Shown here one piece after another: positions 9,645 to 19,181 of a stretch of 64,000 nucleotides of DNA. Location of the stretch: assembly GCA_018649885.1 (NCBI GenBank), contig JABIHA010000075.1, forward strand, positions 1 to 64,000, in the 5' to 3' direction. Position 1 is the stretch's first letter, and every line of letters begins with the position of its first letter. The notes below the pieces were generated by a model that saw only the letters and a program-made list of their open reading frames with translations, was not told the origin of the DNA and made no database searches. Source of the stretch: Bacteriovoracaceae bacterium (GTDB lineage: Bacteria > Bdellovibrionota > Bacteriovoracia > Bacteriovoracales > Bacteriovoracaceae). Made by a program: the position numbers and the translations under genes.

Positions 9645-10707
9645 TACTAGCACCAGAGAAATTACATATATAGAAGCCATTAGAGAAGCCACTTACCAAG
9701 TCTTGGAAAGTGAGCCTAAATCTTTTCTTATGGGCCTTGGAGTATCTGATCCTAAGGGATGCTTTGGTACAACAACTAATCTTCATGAAAGTTTTCCAGG
9801 TAGAGTTTTTGAAACTCCCGTATCAGAAAATACCTTAACAGGTGTTTGTCTTGGAAGTGCTATCACCGGACTTAGACCAATTTTAGTCCACCTTAGAATT
9901 GATTTCACCATGTATGCCATGGACCAAATGATTAACAATATGGCCAAATGGAGAAGTATGTTTGGTGGCCAAGTAAATGTCCCAATGGTCGTTAGGATGG
10001 TTATTGGAATGGGCTGGGGACAAGGAAACCAACACTCTCAAAATCTCCAATCATTTTTTGCCCATGTCCCAGGAATTAAAGTAATCGTTCCTGCAACTGC
10101 TTACGATATGAAAGGCATGCTCATAAGTGCTATGAAAGATAACAACCCAGTAATTATCCTTGAGCATAGATGGCTTCAATTTACGAAAAGTATTGTGCCT
10201 GAAGAAATGTATGAGGTACCAATTGGAAAATGTAACGTACTAACTGAAGGCAGTGACATTACAATTGTTAGTTGGGGCCAAGTCTTAATTGAAACTCTTA
10301 AGGCCAATGAGTTCTTAAAAGAAAATGGTGTCAGTGCTGAAATCATTGACCTTCGAAGCCTAACACCACTTGATATGCCAGCTATAAAAAGATCTGTTCA
10401 AAAAACTGGAAAACTCTTAGTTGTAGACTCATCTTGGAAGACAGGCGGATTTGCAGGCGAAATTATCGCCAGAGTCTGTGAAGATCCAGACATTATGCTA
10501 GACACTATGACCCAAAGACTTTGCTATCCAGACTTCCCTGTTCCTTCAAGCCCTGGACACGCCAATCATTATTATATTAGATCAACCCATATCTTTGATA
10601 AGGTTTCTAATATGCTAGAAAAAGAGCTAGATAAAAGTGGTGTGCTTGCACAAGAAGAGGGAAGACTTCTAGATGCTCCGGATCAAAATTTCATCGGCCC
10701 ATTTTAG
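9634..10707 (+). CDS. TPP-dependent dehydrogenase E1 beta / transketolase C-terminal subunit
   Basis: ETPVSEN, GLRP, QHSQ, PGIKV, IIDLRSLTPLD; overlaps the alpha gene. Confidence 0.9.
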   Translation: MQNNTSTREITYIEAIREATYQVLESEPKSFLMGLGVSDPKGCFGTTTNLHESFPGRVFETPVSENTLTGVCLGSAITGLRPILVHLRIDFTMYAMDQMINNMAKWRSMFGGQVNVPMVVRMVIGMGWGQGNQHSQNLQSFFAHVPGIKVIVPATAYDMKGMLISAMKDNNPVIILEHRWLQFTKSIVPEEMYEVPIGKCNVLTEGSDITIVSWGQVLIETLKANEFLKENGVSAEIIDLRSLTPLDMPAIKRSVQKTGKLLVVDSSWKTGGFAGEIIARVCEDPDIMLDTMTQRLCYPDFPVPSSPGHANHYYIRSTHIFDKVSNMLEKELDKSGVLAQEEGRLLDAPDQNFIGPF

Positions 10708-10770
10708 TTGGTGAGGTTTGCTTAGGCCAGACCTAAACCTAGGTCAATGTCCAAGTCCAGGTATTTTTTT

Positions 10771-11211
10771 TTATCTTTCGTCGATGTTCCAGACGTCCCA
10801 CAGGCGGGCGTCGAAGCGGTAATCATCACCTAGGCTATCGTCTAACTTAGAAGATGAGAAAAACATAAGCTTAGTGTCATCTGTTAGGGACATAAAGCCA
10901 TTGGCATATCCGTTTGGAATATAAAGAACTGAGGGAGTATTGGCACTAAGTGTGAAACGGTGGGTTTCAAGCTCTTTAGAAGGATTGTCCCAATCGTCAA
11001 TTTTAACTGCACCAATAACAGCTGCGCCACTTACGGCCATTACATATTTTGATTCATTTTTATGGGCATGCCATGCTCTGACAAAACCTCTATCGTGGTT
11101 TTCGACTGTGTAGAATCTTTTAACTGAAGCAAAATCAAAGTCATTAACAAAGCCAACTTGACCTCTATCATCAACGGCCAATCCGCCTTTTAATTGTTTT
11201 GGTAATTCCAT
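10771..11211 (-). CDS. Cupin-fold NDP-sugar epimerase/isomerase (RmlC/FdtA-like)
   Basis: DDRG, RAWHAH, LYIPNGYANGF. Confidence 0.8.
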   Translation of the reverse strand: MELPKQLKGGLAVDDRGQVGFVNDFDFASVKRFYTVENHDRGFVRAWHAHKNESKYVMAVSGAAVIGAVKIDDWDNPSKELETHRFTLSANTPSVLYIPNGYANGFMSLTDDTKLMFFSSSKLDDSLGDDYRFDARLWDVWNIDER

Positions 11212-11219
11212 GATCTATC

Positions 11220-12158
11220 CTAGTAAAGTCTTTCTTGCAGGTAGCGGGCATTGGAGTATCTTTCATCATCTAGATTTTTGATTCTTCCGGCCATTATCAG
11301 ACTCTTTAATTCCTTGACTCCATAATTGACATCATAGATGGGAGAGAAGCCAAAGCAAGATTTTGCTTTTTCACAACTCACTCTATAATTTCTGGTATCT
11401 TGAAAAGGTACATCTGTTGTAACAATGGTGCAGGTATCAAAGTGTGATTGAACATCACAAGCTAGATCAATTATTCTCTTGTTCTCTTGCATCAGGTTGA
11501 AAATACCTACATGGGGAGAATCAATATTTTGGGCAACGGCCCTAGCAACATCTTTAACGTGAAGAAGAGGTCTAAATTGATCCCCTCCAAAAACATTTAT
11601 TTTTCCGTGCTCAATAGCTTTTGCAGTTAAAATATTAACCACTAAATCCATTCTTATTCTTGAGTAGCAGTCTCCTACTCCAAATAATGTTCCCAGTCTA
11701 AAAATGATGGCATTCTTATCTTTTAAATAATCTTCTGCTTTTAATTTTGTAGCTGCATACAATGACAGCGGACTAGTACCAGAGCTCTCATCCAACATAC
11801 TATTTTGTGCCCCATAAACAGAGCATGTAGACATAAAAATAATTCTGCCATCAAAATTATCGGCAAGAGTTTTCACTGCCTCTTGATTAAGCTTAACGGT
11901 AATGTCTGGATTAATCTGACAAGCACCATCACCTACAAGAGCAGCTAACCATACAACAGTATCTGCCCAATCTAAATGAGGTTTTAATTTTTCGATGTCG
12001 AGAACATCACCGTGAACAAACTCTACTGGTTTTCTAAAGGTATCTTCATATAAAAGGGAGTCATAAACTCGAATTTGATAATCACTATTTTGTGCAAGAA
12101 GGTCAGTAATGGCCCCGCCAACATAACCTGCCCCACCAGTGATTAGAATCTTTCTCAT
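11220..12158 (-). CDS. NAD-dependent sugar epimerase/dehydratase (SDR)
   Basis: GGAGYVG, LAALVGD, STCSVYG, YAATK. Confidence 0.88.
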   Translation of the reverse strand: MRKILITGGAGYVGGAITDLLAQNSDYQIRVYDSLLYEDTFRKPVEFVHGDVLDIEKLKPHLDWADTVVWLAALVGDGACQINPDITVKLNQEAVKTLADNFDGRIIFMSTCSVYGAQNSMLDESSGTSPLSLYAATKLKAEDYLKDKNAIIFRLGTLFGVGDCYSRIRMDLVVNILTAKAIEHGKINVFGGDQFRPLLHVKDVARAVAQNIDSPHVGIFNLMQENKRIIDLACDVQSHFDTCTIVTTDVPFQDTRNYRVSCEKAKSCFGFSPIYDVNYGVKELKSLIMAGRIKNLDDERYSNARYLQERLY

Positions 12159-12324
12159 CGCAGTAAACCCCACATTCTTAACTTTGTATGGAGTAAAATT
12201 TACCTTTTTTGTGATTATAATTCAATTTTTTGTAACAGAGATCATCCACCTAGTTGCCACTAATTTTTTATTTAGGTATTTTATATTTTGAAAAAGCTCC
12301 AAAACTCTTATGCAAGGGAAGACA

Positions 12325-13137
12325 ATGAAGAAAATCGCAATATTTGGCACCAGTGGAATGCTTGGTCACGCTGCTGTTGGTTATTTCTCACAAAAAGGCT
12401 ACACTGTTACCTCATTTTCAAGATCAGATTATGACATTGCAAAAGACGATCCTAAAAAATTATTTGAGCTAACTAAGGGAATGGATCTAGTGCTCAATGG
12501 AGCTGGAGTTATTAAGCCTCGAATTGCACACATGAGTATAGAGGACGTCATGGTCGTCAACTCACGCTTTCCAAGAAATCTTGCTAAGGCCTGTGATAAA
12601 AACGGAGCTAAGCTATTTCACATAACTACCGACTGTGTTTATACAGGTGATAAAGGTGCTTACAACGAAGATGATCTATACGATGCAACTGATTTATACG
12701 GACTTTCAAAAAATGGCGGAGACATGTCAGACTGCATGGTTCTTCGGACATCAATTATAGGCGAAGAAAAAGACCAGGCAAGATCACTTCTTGAATGGGC
12801 AATTAGTCAAAAAGGTAAACAGGTCAATGGATTCACAAATCATCAGTGGAATGGTGTAACTACACTTTGCTTAGTGCAAGTGGTTGAAGACATCATGACT
12901 AAAGGGCTCTACAAGAAAGGCATCTTTCACATTCATTCACCAAAAAGTGTATCAAAACTTGAGTTAGTTGAAATTATTAGTGATGTGTACGAGCTTAACC
13001 TAAATGTTAAATCTGCTGAAGCTGCAACATTTTGTGATAGAACTCTTAGTACCAAGTTTGAGCTAAGCTCAGAAGTCTGTAAGAAACAAATACAAGACCA
13101 AATTGTTGAAATGAGAGCTTTTTTTAAAGGCCTCTAG
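12325..13137 (+). CDS. RmlD-like NDP-4-keto-6-deoxysugar reductase (QnlA-like)
   Basis: GTSGMLG, HITTDCVY, DLYGLSK, LRTSIIG; ATG at 12325 follows an AGGGAAG RBS. Confidence 0.82.
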   Translation: MKKIAIFGTSGMLGHAAVGYFSQKGYTVTSFSRSDYDIAKDDPKKLFELTKGMDLVLNGAGVIKPRIAHMSIEDVMVVNSRFPRNLAKACDKNGAKLFHITTDCVYTGDKGAYNEDDLYDATDLYGLSKNGGDMSDCMVLRTSIIGEEKDQARSLLEWAISQKGKQVNGFTNHQWNGVTTLCLVQVVEDIMTKGLYKKGIFHIHSPKSVSKLELVEIISDVYELNLNVKSAEAATFCDRTLSTKFELSSEVCKKQIQDQIVEMRAFFKGL

Positions 13138-13318
13138 GGCGTGAAGACGTTTCATATTTCGAGGCGAAAAGTTCAGGTTCCAAGCTGTTTTTGCGCGCGC
13201 AGGAGGTTATTTTTGAGGCTTGCCCATAGGCAAGTCGCAGGAAATAAGCTCCGAGCACGTGAAAACAGCGCCGGAAGATGGAATTTTCGGCCGAAATATG
13301 AAATGTCTTCACGACCTA
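13135..13318. repeat. 184-bp palindromic MITE-like element bounded by TA
   Basis: 27-bp termini match at 25/27 positions; imperfect pairing continues to a central gcttgcc-cata-ggcaagt loop; GC-rich relative to flanks. Confidence 0.82.
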
Positions 13319-15241
13319 ATGGAGGCTATTTCTATTTTCCATATCGCTGCTAGCGTTGACTTTAGGGTTTTCAGCGGGTTTGTACTCTACAACCAGTGAC
13401 TGAAGAAAAGTTTGAAAAGTCACAAGACTATCTCCTTCAGACAACGAAACAAGTTTTCTTAAATCATCAGAAAATTGCTCACCAACCTCTCGGGCCTTGG
13501 CCACTCTCACAAGAGGGTGCGAAGTTGGCAATGAGTGTTCATCATCGAGGAGTAACTCTTCAAATAATTTCTCCCCAGGTCGAAGACCAATTATTTGGAT
13601 GTCTATATCTTCATCTGGAACCAAGCCACTTAGTGTGATCATTTGCTTGGCCAAATCTAAAATTCGAACGGGCTCTCCCATTTCAAGAACAAAGATTTCT
13701 CCACCACTACCTATTGATCCCGCTTGCATAACAAGTCGGCAGGCTTCAGGTATCGACATAAAATAGCGTTTAACATCTTGGTGAGTAACTGTAACTGGCC
13801 CACCTTTTTCAATTTGGTTTTTAAAAAGTGGAATAACAGAACCACTACTTCCAAGAACATTTCCAAACCGAACCGTCATATATTTAGTGCCAGAAGATTT
13901 TGCCTGGATATCTTGAATGACCATTTCAGCAACACGTTTAGAAGCACCCATTATATTTGTGGGATTGACGGCCTTGTCAGTTGAGATCATCACAAATCTC
14001 TCAGCCCCAAATTTATTAGCTGCCTGTGAGACAATTTCAGTTCCCTTTACATTGACGTCGATTGCTGCGTAAGGATTGCATTCCATCATTGGCACATGCT
14101 TATAAGCTGCTGCATGAAAGACAACATCTGGCCTGTAACGCTTAAACACCTCTTCAACATTTTTGACCCTTCTCACGTCCCCTACATAAGGCTCCACTAC
14201 AAGGTGAGGATATTTCTCCCTCAGGTTTAGCTCGAGGTCATATATAAAAAATTCTGTTTGCTCAAATATCACTAAAAGTGTTGGGTTAAACTTGGCTATT
14301 TGATGGCAAATTTCGGAGCCAATTGAGCCACCTGCACCTGTTACCAAAACGACTTTACCTGTTAACATTGCTCCCAAAGATTTTTGATCCAAATTGACAG
14401 GCTCTCTGCCCAGCAAATCTTCTGGTTCAATATTTCTAAGTTGGGAAAATTCAATTCTCCCATGGAGAAGATCTTTCAAGCTAGGAAGAGTTTTAAATTC
14501 AATATCACTTCTTTGACATGACTCGACTACTTTCTTTATCTGACTCCCTGTTGCGGAGGGAATAGCAATAAAGACTTTTTGCGCCCCTGTTTTTGCCAGA
14601 ACTCGATCGAGGTCTTTAACAGCACCAAGAATATTAATACCGTGAAGAGACTTTCCCTTTTTCCCTGAATCATCATCTACAAAGGCAACAATTCTTATTT
14701 TAAGAGAGGGATTTTCCCGAAATTCCCGAAACAACTGCTCTCCTCCAGCTCCTGCCCCCACAATAACAGCTTTATCAAAGTCACCACTTTTTTGTAAATT
14801 AAAAGCAAAAGTATTATCGCGATAAAGTCTATAGGCAAGACGACTCCCTCCTAAGAAAACAATCAATAATAACCAGTCAATGATGAAAGCTGTTCTCGGA
14901 ATATTTTCGAGTCGAATAGTGAAAAAGAGGATCAAGGCAGAAAGGGCAACTGCAATGGAGGCACCCTTAATAATTTTTACTAGATCAGTAGTACTTGAAA
15001 AACGCCAAATCCCTTTGTACAAACCCATTAAGTAAAAGCAAACAGACTGAATAAATGCAATTCCGACAAAAGAAAGCAAAGTGGTTAAATAGGACCCTCT
15101 AATAATGGGAAGTCCATCAAACCTTAAAACAATGGCAATATAGAATGAACAAAAAGCTACAATACCATCGAAGCTAAAAACGATTAAGCTCTTTTGCCTA
15201 GAGCTTAACTTGCCAATAAATTTTAAGATTTTCTTATCCAT
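13316..15241 (-). CDS. Membrane-anchored UDP-GlcNAc 4,6-dehydratase (PglF/WbpM/CapD)
   Basis: N-terminal TM helices, VGAGAGG, GAGGSIGSE, HAAAYKHVP, STDKAVNPTNIMGASKR, VRFGNVLGSSGSV, GLRPGEKL. Confidence 0.92.
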   Translation of the reverse strand: MDKKILKFIGKLSSRQKSLIVFSFDGIVAFCSFYIAIVLRFDGLPIIRGSYLTTLLSFVGIAFIQSVCFYLMGLYKGIWRFSSTTDLVKIIKGASIAVALSALILFFTIRLENIPRTAFIIDWLLLIVFLGGSRLAYRLYRDNTFAFNLQKSGDFDKAVIVGAGAGGEQLFREFRENPSLKIRIVAFVDDDSGKKGKSLHGINILGAVKDLDRVLAKTGAQKVFIAIPSATGSQIKKVVESCQRSDIEFKTLPSLKDLLHGRIEFSQLRNIEPEDLLGREPVNLDQKSLGAMLTGKVVLVTGAGGSIGSEICHQIAKFNPTLLVIFEQTEFFIYDLELNLREKYPHLVVEPYVGDVRRVKNVEEVFKRYRPDVVFHAAAYKHVPMMECNPYAAIDVNVKGTEIVSQAANKFGAERFVMISTDKAVNPTNIMGASKRVAEMVIQDIQAKSSGTKYMTVRFGNVLGSSGSVIPLFKNQIEKGGPVTVTHQDVKRYFMSIPEACRLVMQAGSIGSGGEIFVLEMGEPVRILDLAKQMITLSGLVPDEDIDIQIIGLRPGEKLFEELLLDDEHSLPTSHPLVRVAKAREVGEQFSDDLRKLVSLSEGDSLVTFQTFLQSLVVEYKPAENPKVNASSDMENRNSLH

Positions 15242-15251
15242 TGTACTAACC

Positions 15252-16691
15252 CTAACCTGCAATTGGTTTTAAATTTTTCCCGCCAAAGCGGCGTTTTATT
15301 AGTGAAGTAATCGCACAAGTAATTACAAATAATCCAAAAAATGAAAACGAATAATACCCAATATCTAACGGCATTCTAAATCTATATACAGGGTTTGCAA
15401 AAACTCCAAGTGTAATTAAATGAATCCAAGAGATGAAAAAACCCGTTTGAATCTCAATTGGATACTTCTTGAAAAAGAAAACCAATAATAGACTTGAAAT
15501 GATAAATAAGTAGAAGGCCCAAGTATTTACTGTTTTGATGCCGATAAATTTTTCCGTTGTGAATGAAATTCGTTCCATTAAATTGAGTAGGAATCTATTC
15601 CATTTGAGTGGTCTCCCTAGTCCAAAGCCCACTGCATTTTCGTTACCCAGGGTCATGATGTAAAAATTGGATAAAAGGGCCTTAGAATAAACCCAAGTAT
15701 TTTTCATCACCATTTCAAGGTAAATTTTATCCATCATTTTAATATAGCCCATTTTAAGTTCTGGGTGTTTCTTTAAATAAGCTTGGGTGAGCTTATAAAA
15801 CGCCCCCATGGATAATCCAACTTTTTTATTTTTATCTAATACCTTTTGGTATCCATTTAATAATTCAGGGTAAGCGCTATTTTTATAATAAAATACTTCA
15901 GGCTTCATGCTATGGTAGGCGATATTAAACGTAGAGCCACTATAAGGTGCTTTTTGTGAAATATTCTTTTGATCTTGCATTGGCAGTAAAATAGATTTTA
16001 AAACCAAATAAATGACAAATGGAAGAAAATATATTGAAGATAATTTTATTGCTTTCAGTTTTTCAGATAAAAAGTATTTGCGATTTAAAATTGTAAAGAC
16101 TACTGGGAGTGATAAAAACACGACAATATATTCACCACGAGTCATCTTTAGTGCCAGGCCCATTAATCCAAAACAGATAGCAAAGAGTAATTCATTTTTC
16201 TTGTAGCGAGCGATCGATTCTTTTCTAAAAAACAGGTACAATAAGAGTGAAAAAATAAGCACACAAAGTGACTCCCTCATCACAGAATGCTCAAGGATCA
16301 GCCTTGCTTCTCTTGAAAAAAGGTAAAATGTGATGACTAGTGCAAAAACCTTATTGTAGCTTCTTAAAAAAAGGTAGGATAGCACAGCTGAGATCAATCC
16401 AAAGAGATGCTGAAATATTGAAACTGAGAGGAAAAATAATTTTGCAGAGGTGATTTTTTTCAAGAAAAATAAGAAGCAAACATATGTAGGCCCAGTTAGA
16501 CGGAAAAAATTTAACACGTCAGTTTCAAGCCAATTTATAGAGGGTAAGTATCTAACCTCTCCATCAACCCCAAGAATACTTGGCCCTTTAAGGAGGTACA
16601 TTCTCAGCCTAATAATTACCAATACAGCGAGGCATAGTGCCAGAGCTATTTTTTCCCAGGGATATTTTTTAATCTTTTCAATGCTAATCAA
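15252..16691 (-). CDS. Polytopic membrane protein, possible GT-C-fold glycosyltransferase
   Basis: Many hydrophobic segments, DGEVRY after the first TM, RESL motif, large soluble loop, C-terminal YRFRMP; function inferred. Confidence 0.5.
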   Translation of the reverse strand: MISIEKIKKYPWEKIALALCLAVLVIIRLRMYLLKGPSILGVDGEVRYLPSINWLETDVLNFFRLTGPTYVCFLFFLKKITSAKLFFLSVSIFQHLFGLISAVLSYLFLRSYNKVFALVITFYLFSREARLILEHSVMRESLCVLIFSLLLYLFFRKESIARYKKNELLFAICFGLMGLALKMTRGEYIVVFLSLPVVFTILNRKYFLSEKLKAIKLSSIYFLPFVIYLVLKSILLPMQDQKNISQKAPYSGSTFNIAYHSMKPEVFYYKNSAYPELLNGYQKVLDKNKKVGLSMGAFYKLTQAYLKKHPELKMGYIKMMDKIYLEMVMKNTWVYSKALLSNFYIMTLGNENAVGFGLGRPLKWNRFLLNLMERISFTTEKFIGIKTVNTWAFYLFIISSLLLVFFFKKYPIEIQTGFFISWIHLITLGVFANPVYRFRMPLDIGYYSFSFFGLFVITCAITSLIKRRFGGKNLKPIAG

Positions 16692-16696
16692 GATAA

Positions 16697-17530
16697 TTAT
16701 GCCTTCGTTTCAATGGCCAAATCATCATTTATATCTACTAATTTGTTAATTTTTTGATTTCGATTGATAAATTGGTGTCTTCTAAAAGTAGCACTATCTT
16801 CAATAATTTCTCCACTAATGCGATCTAGAATATGCACAGAAATCATAGTGTTGATATAGCCACTTGCAAGATTAATAAAAGACTTAAACTTTAAGGCAGT
16901 AGAACTTCCGCCCTCTCTCGGTTTAAGTGAGGATGGAATTTCCGCAAAGAGATAACCTCTTTTGAGAAGTTTTATGAGTAGCTCTGTTTGATAGAAAAAT
17001 CCAAAACTACTAAGTGTAACTTGTTTCAAGACAGATCTTCTGTAGATAACACTTCCATTCATATAGTTTAAGAGAAGGCCAAATGAAATATTTATTATTC
17101 CCTTATATAATATTGAAATAATCCTTCTCTTAAATGTCCTCACTTCCTTATTAAAGAAAAAAGGTACGAGCACGTCGACTTCATTCATCAAAGGCATGTA
17201 CCTAAGAATATCACCGGTATCAATTTCTCCATCACCAGGAATAAGCATAACAGAATCACCCAAAGCATTTTGAGCTCCGTCCCAAAAAGAAAATCCAATT
17301 CCTCTTGGAGTCTTGTGTACAATTTGTCTTAAGAATGGAATTTTTTTACTAAGATCCGTTACAATGTCACCGGTTTTATCAGTACTACCATCGTTTACGA
17401 CAATGATTTCACCGTTTATGCCATACATTTTAAAGGCATCAACTGCATTTATTACGGCCTTTTCAATATTGCCCTGCTCATTGAGTGCAGGCATTATTAT
17501 AGAAATTTGATAAGTACTCTCACTACCCAT
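16697..17530 (-). CDS. GT2 polyprenol-phosphate glycosyltransferase-like (DPM1/ArnC type)
   Basis: IIMPALNE, VVNDGSTDKT, PGDGE, FFYQTELLIK. Confidence 0.8.
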   Translation of the reverse strand: MGSESTYQISIIMPALNEQGNIEKAVINAVDAFKMYGINGEIIVVNDGSTDKTGDIVTDLSKKIPFLRQIVHKTPRGIGFSFWDGAQNALGDSVMLIPGDGEIDTGDILRYMPLMNEVDVLVPFFFNKEVRTFKRRIISILYKGIINISFGLLLNYMNGSVIYRRSVLKQVTLSSFGFFYQTELLIKLLKRGYLFAEIPSSLKPREGGSSTALKFKSFINLASGYINTMISVHILDRISGEIIEDSATFRRHQFINRNQKINKLVDINDDLAIETKA

Positions 17531-17616
17531 TTAACATCCATTTTTTCTCTGACTTTAGCACAGTGAGAGCCAATCTCCATACAAGAAATTGCCTTAATAT
17601 CAGCTCTGCGACAAGC

Positions 17617-19176
17617 CTAGTAAACTGAAAGCCCACGAAGGTGGTGGTTTTTTAGATTCGTTACGTAACTAGTGAGGTCACTGGGCCCAATGGGGTTATT
17701 TCCTACCCTTTCAACTGAAATGGCAGACATACATGTGCCTAGTGCAGCTGATTCTGTCACGCTTAATCCTGCACAAAGACCAAGTGACATACACGAAAGT
17801 AGAGCATCTCCGGCTCCAGCTACATCTATGGCATGGGTCGACAATGAACCAAAATATTCTGATTCATAGGGAGCCTGTCTATCATCCGAAGGCCTATAAA
17901 CAAGAAGGCCTTGCTCCCCTAGTGTAATTACCAGATTCTCATTTCCCGTTTTCTGAATAAGTGTCTGCGCCAATTCCTCAAGCCCAGATGTTTCATCAGC
18001 CAAGGCCAGTCTCGCCTCTTTTTCAGTAGGAGTTATAAGTGAAACTCCCTTAAATTTTGATACATGTCCAATTTGACTAGAAGCCTGAACATCTGCAAAT
18101 ACCTTTACCCCATTTTTATGAGCAATTTGAATAATCCCGTCTAGAACTTTTTGGGTAATTAAACCGTAAACAAAATCAGAAATAATCACGCCGTCTACTC
18201 TTTTAATTTCTGACTCAAGATTTTCGAGGATTGTATCCTCTAACTCCTTTGCTATTTTATGCTGCTTAAGCCTGCTAACTCTAAGTATTTTCTGGTTTTC
18301 AACCATGTATCTTATTTTAAATGTGGTAGGTCTTCCTTCATCTTTGTACAAAAATGTATTCACTCCAGATTCCGCCAATTTCCTTGAAACGAAATCTCCA
18401 GCAGGGTCATCACCAATTACTGAAAAAAAGCTACATTCAGCGCCGAGCTCTTTTACATGAAGAGCAACAATGGCAGCCCCCCCTACAAATTCTCTTGCAT
18501 TTAATTCTCTTATCACTTGCACTGGTGCCTCTGAGCTAACCCCCAGAGAATCACAGGCCACGAATTGATCAACTATAGTATCACCGATAACTAATATTTT
18601 TTGATTTTTAAAACTCTCTATGCAATTTGTGATTTTCTCAAGAGAGATATCCTGTCTTTCACAGACCTTCAGAAAGTTTTCAACTTTCCTCTCTTTTCTG
18701 GTGTCTTCTTTTTCATATAAAAATTGAGTAGATGTATATTTTACTTCACCTGAACAAAAGATCACCTTTGCACCACAGCTTTCAGCCGCTTCGATTTCAC
18801 CTCGAATAAGATCTCTTTTATCTTCGAACTCCTTACCTTTCACATAAAAATTAGGGCCCACATTGGGAATAAATTCCTCAATCGCTCCTTCGAGTGCAAA
18901 CACACCGTCAACCATGCCTAGAGTTGCCACACTTTGCGCTCTCTCGGCTTGATCAAAATAAGCTTTTGACGCTTCAGATTCTGGCTCAAAATGCTCTACA
19001 GCAACGAGGAGATAATCACCTAAGTTAGCTGCAAAATTTAGATATCTCATATGCCCTGGGTGAATCACATTAAAATGTCCAAAACAAAGAACAACAGATT
19101 TGCTTTCATTTCTCAGACACTCAATTTTCTCTTTAAGAGCAGAAGTATTCAATAATTTTAATGAGTCATTAACCAT
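17617..19176 (-). CDS. Bifunctional nucleotidyltransferase + PfkB kinase (HldE/RfaE-like, reversed domain order)
   Basis: N-terminal FGHFNVIHPGH and YVKGKEF; C-terminal VIGDTIVD, SSEAP, GGAA, ISDF, DVAGAGD. Confidence 0.85.
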   Translation of the reverse strand: MVNDSLKLLNTSALKEKIECLRNESKSVVLCFGHFNVIHPGHMRYLNFAANLGDYLLVAVEHFEPESEASKAYFDQAERAQSVATLGMVDGVFALEGAIEEFIPNVGPNFYVKGKEFEDKRDLIRGEIEAAESCGAKVIFCSGEVKYTSTQFLYEKEDTRKERKVENFLKVCERQDISLEKITNCIESFKNQKILVIGDTIVDQFVACDSLGVSSEAPVQVIRELNAREFVGGAAIVALHVKELGAECSFFSVIGDDPAGDFVSRKLAESGVNTFLYKDEGRPTTFKIRYMVENQKILRVSRLKQHKIAKELEDTILENLESEIKRVDGVIISDFVYGLITQKVLDGIIQIAHKNGVKVFADVQASSQIGHVSKFKGVSLITPTEKEARLALADETSGLEELAQTLIQKTGNENLVITLGEQGLLVYRPSDDRQAPYESEYFGSLSTHAIDVAGAGDALLSCMSLGLCAGLSVTESAALGTCMSAISVERVGNNPIGPSDLTSYVTNLKNHHLRGLSVY

Positions 19177-19181
19177 AGCTT

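Noticed and set aside
8670..10707. Housekeeping pyruvate dehydrogenase
   Set aside because: No E2 or E3 genes in the window, and the pair is embedded in a sugar operon
13124..13353. Two short opposite-strand ORFs both starting MKTFHIS
   Set aside because: By-product of the palindromic element; no independent coding evidence
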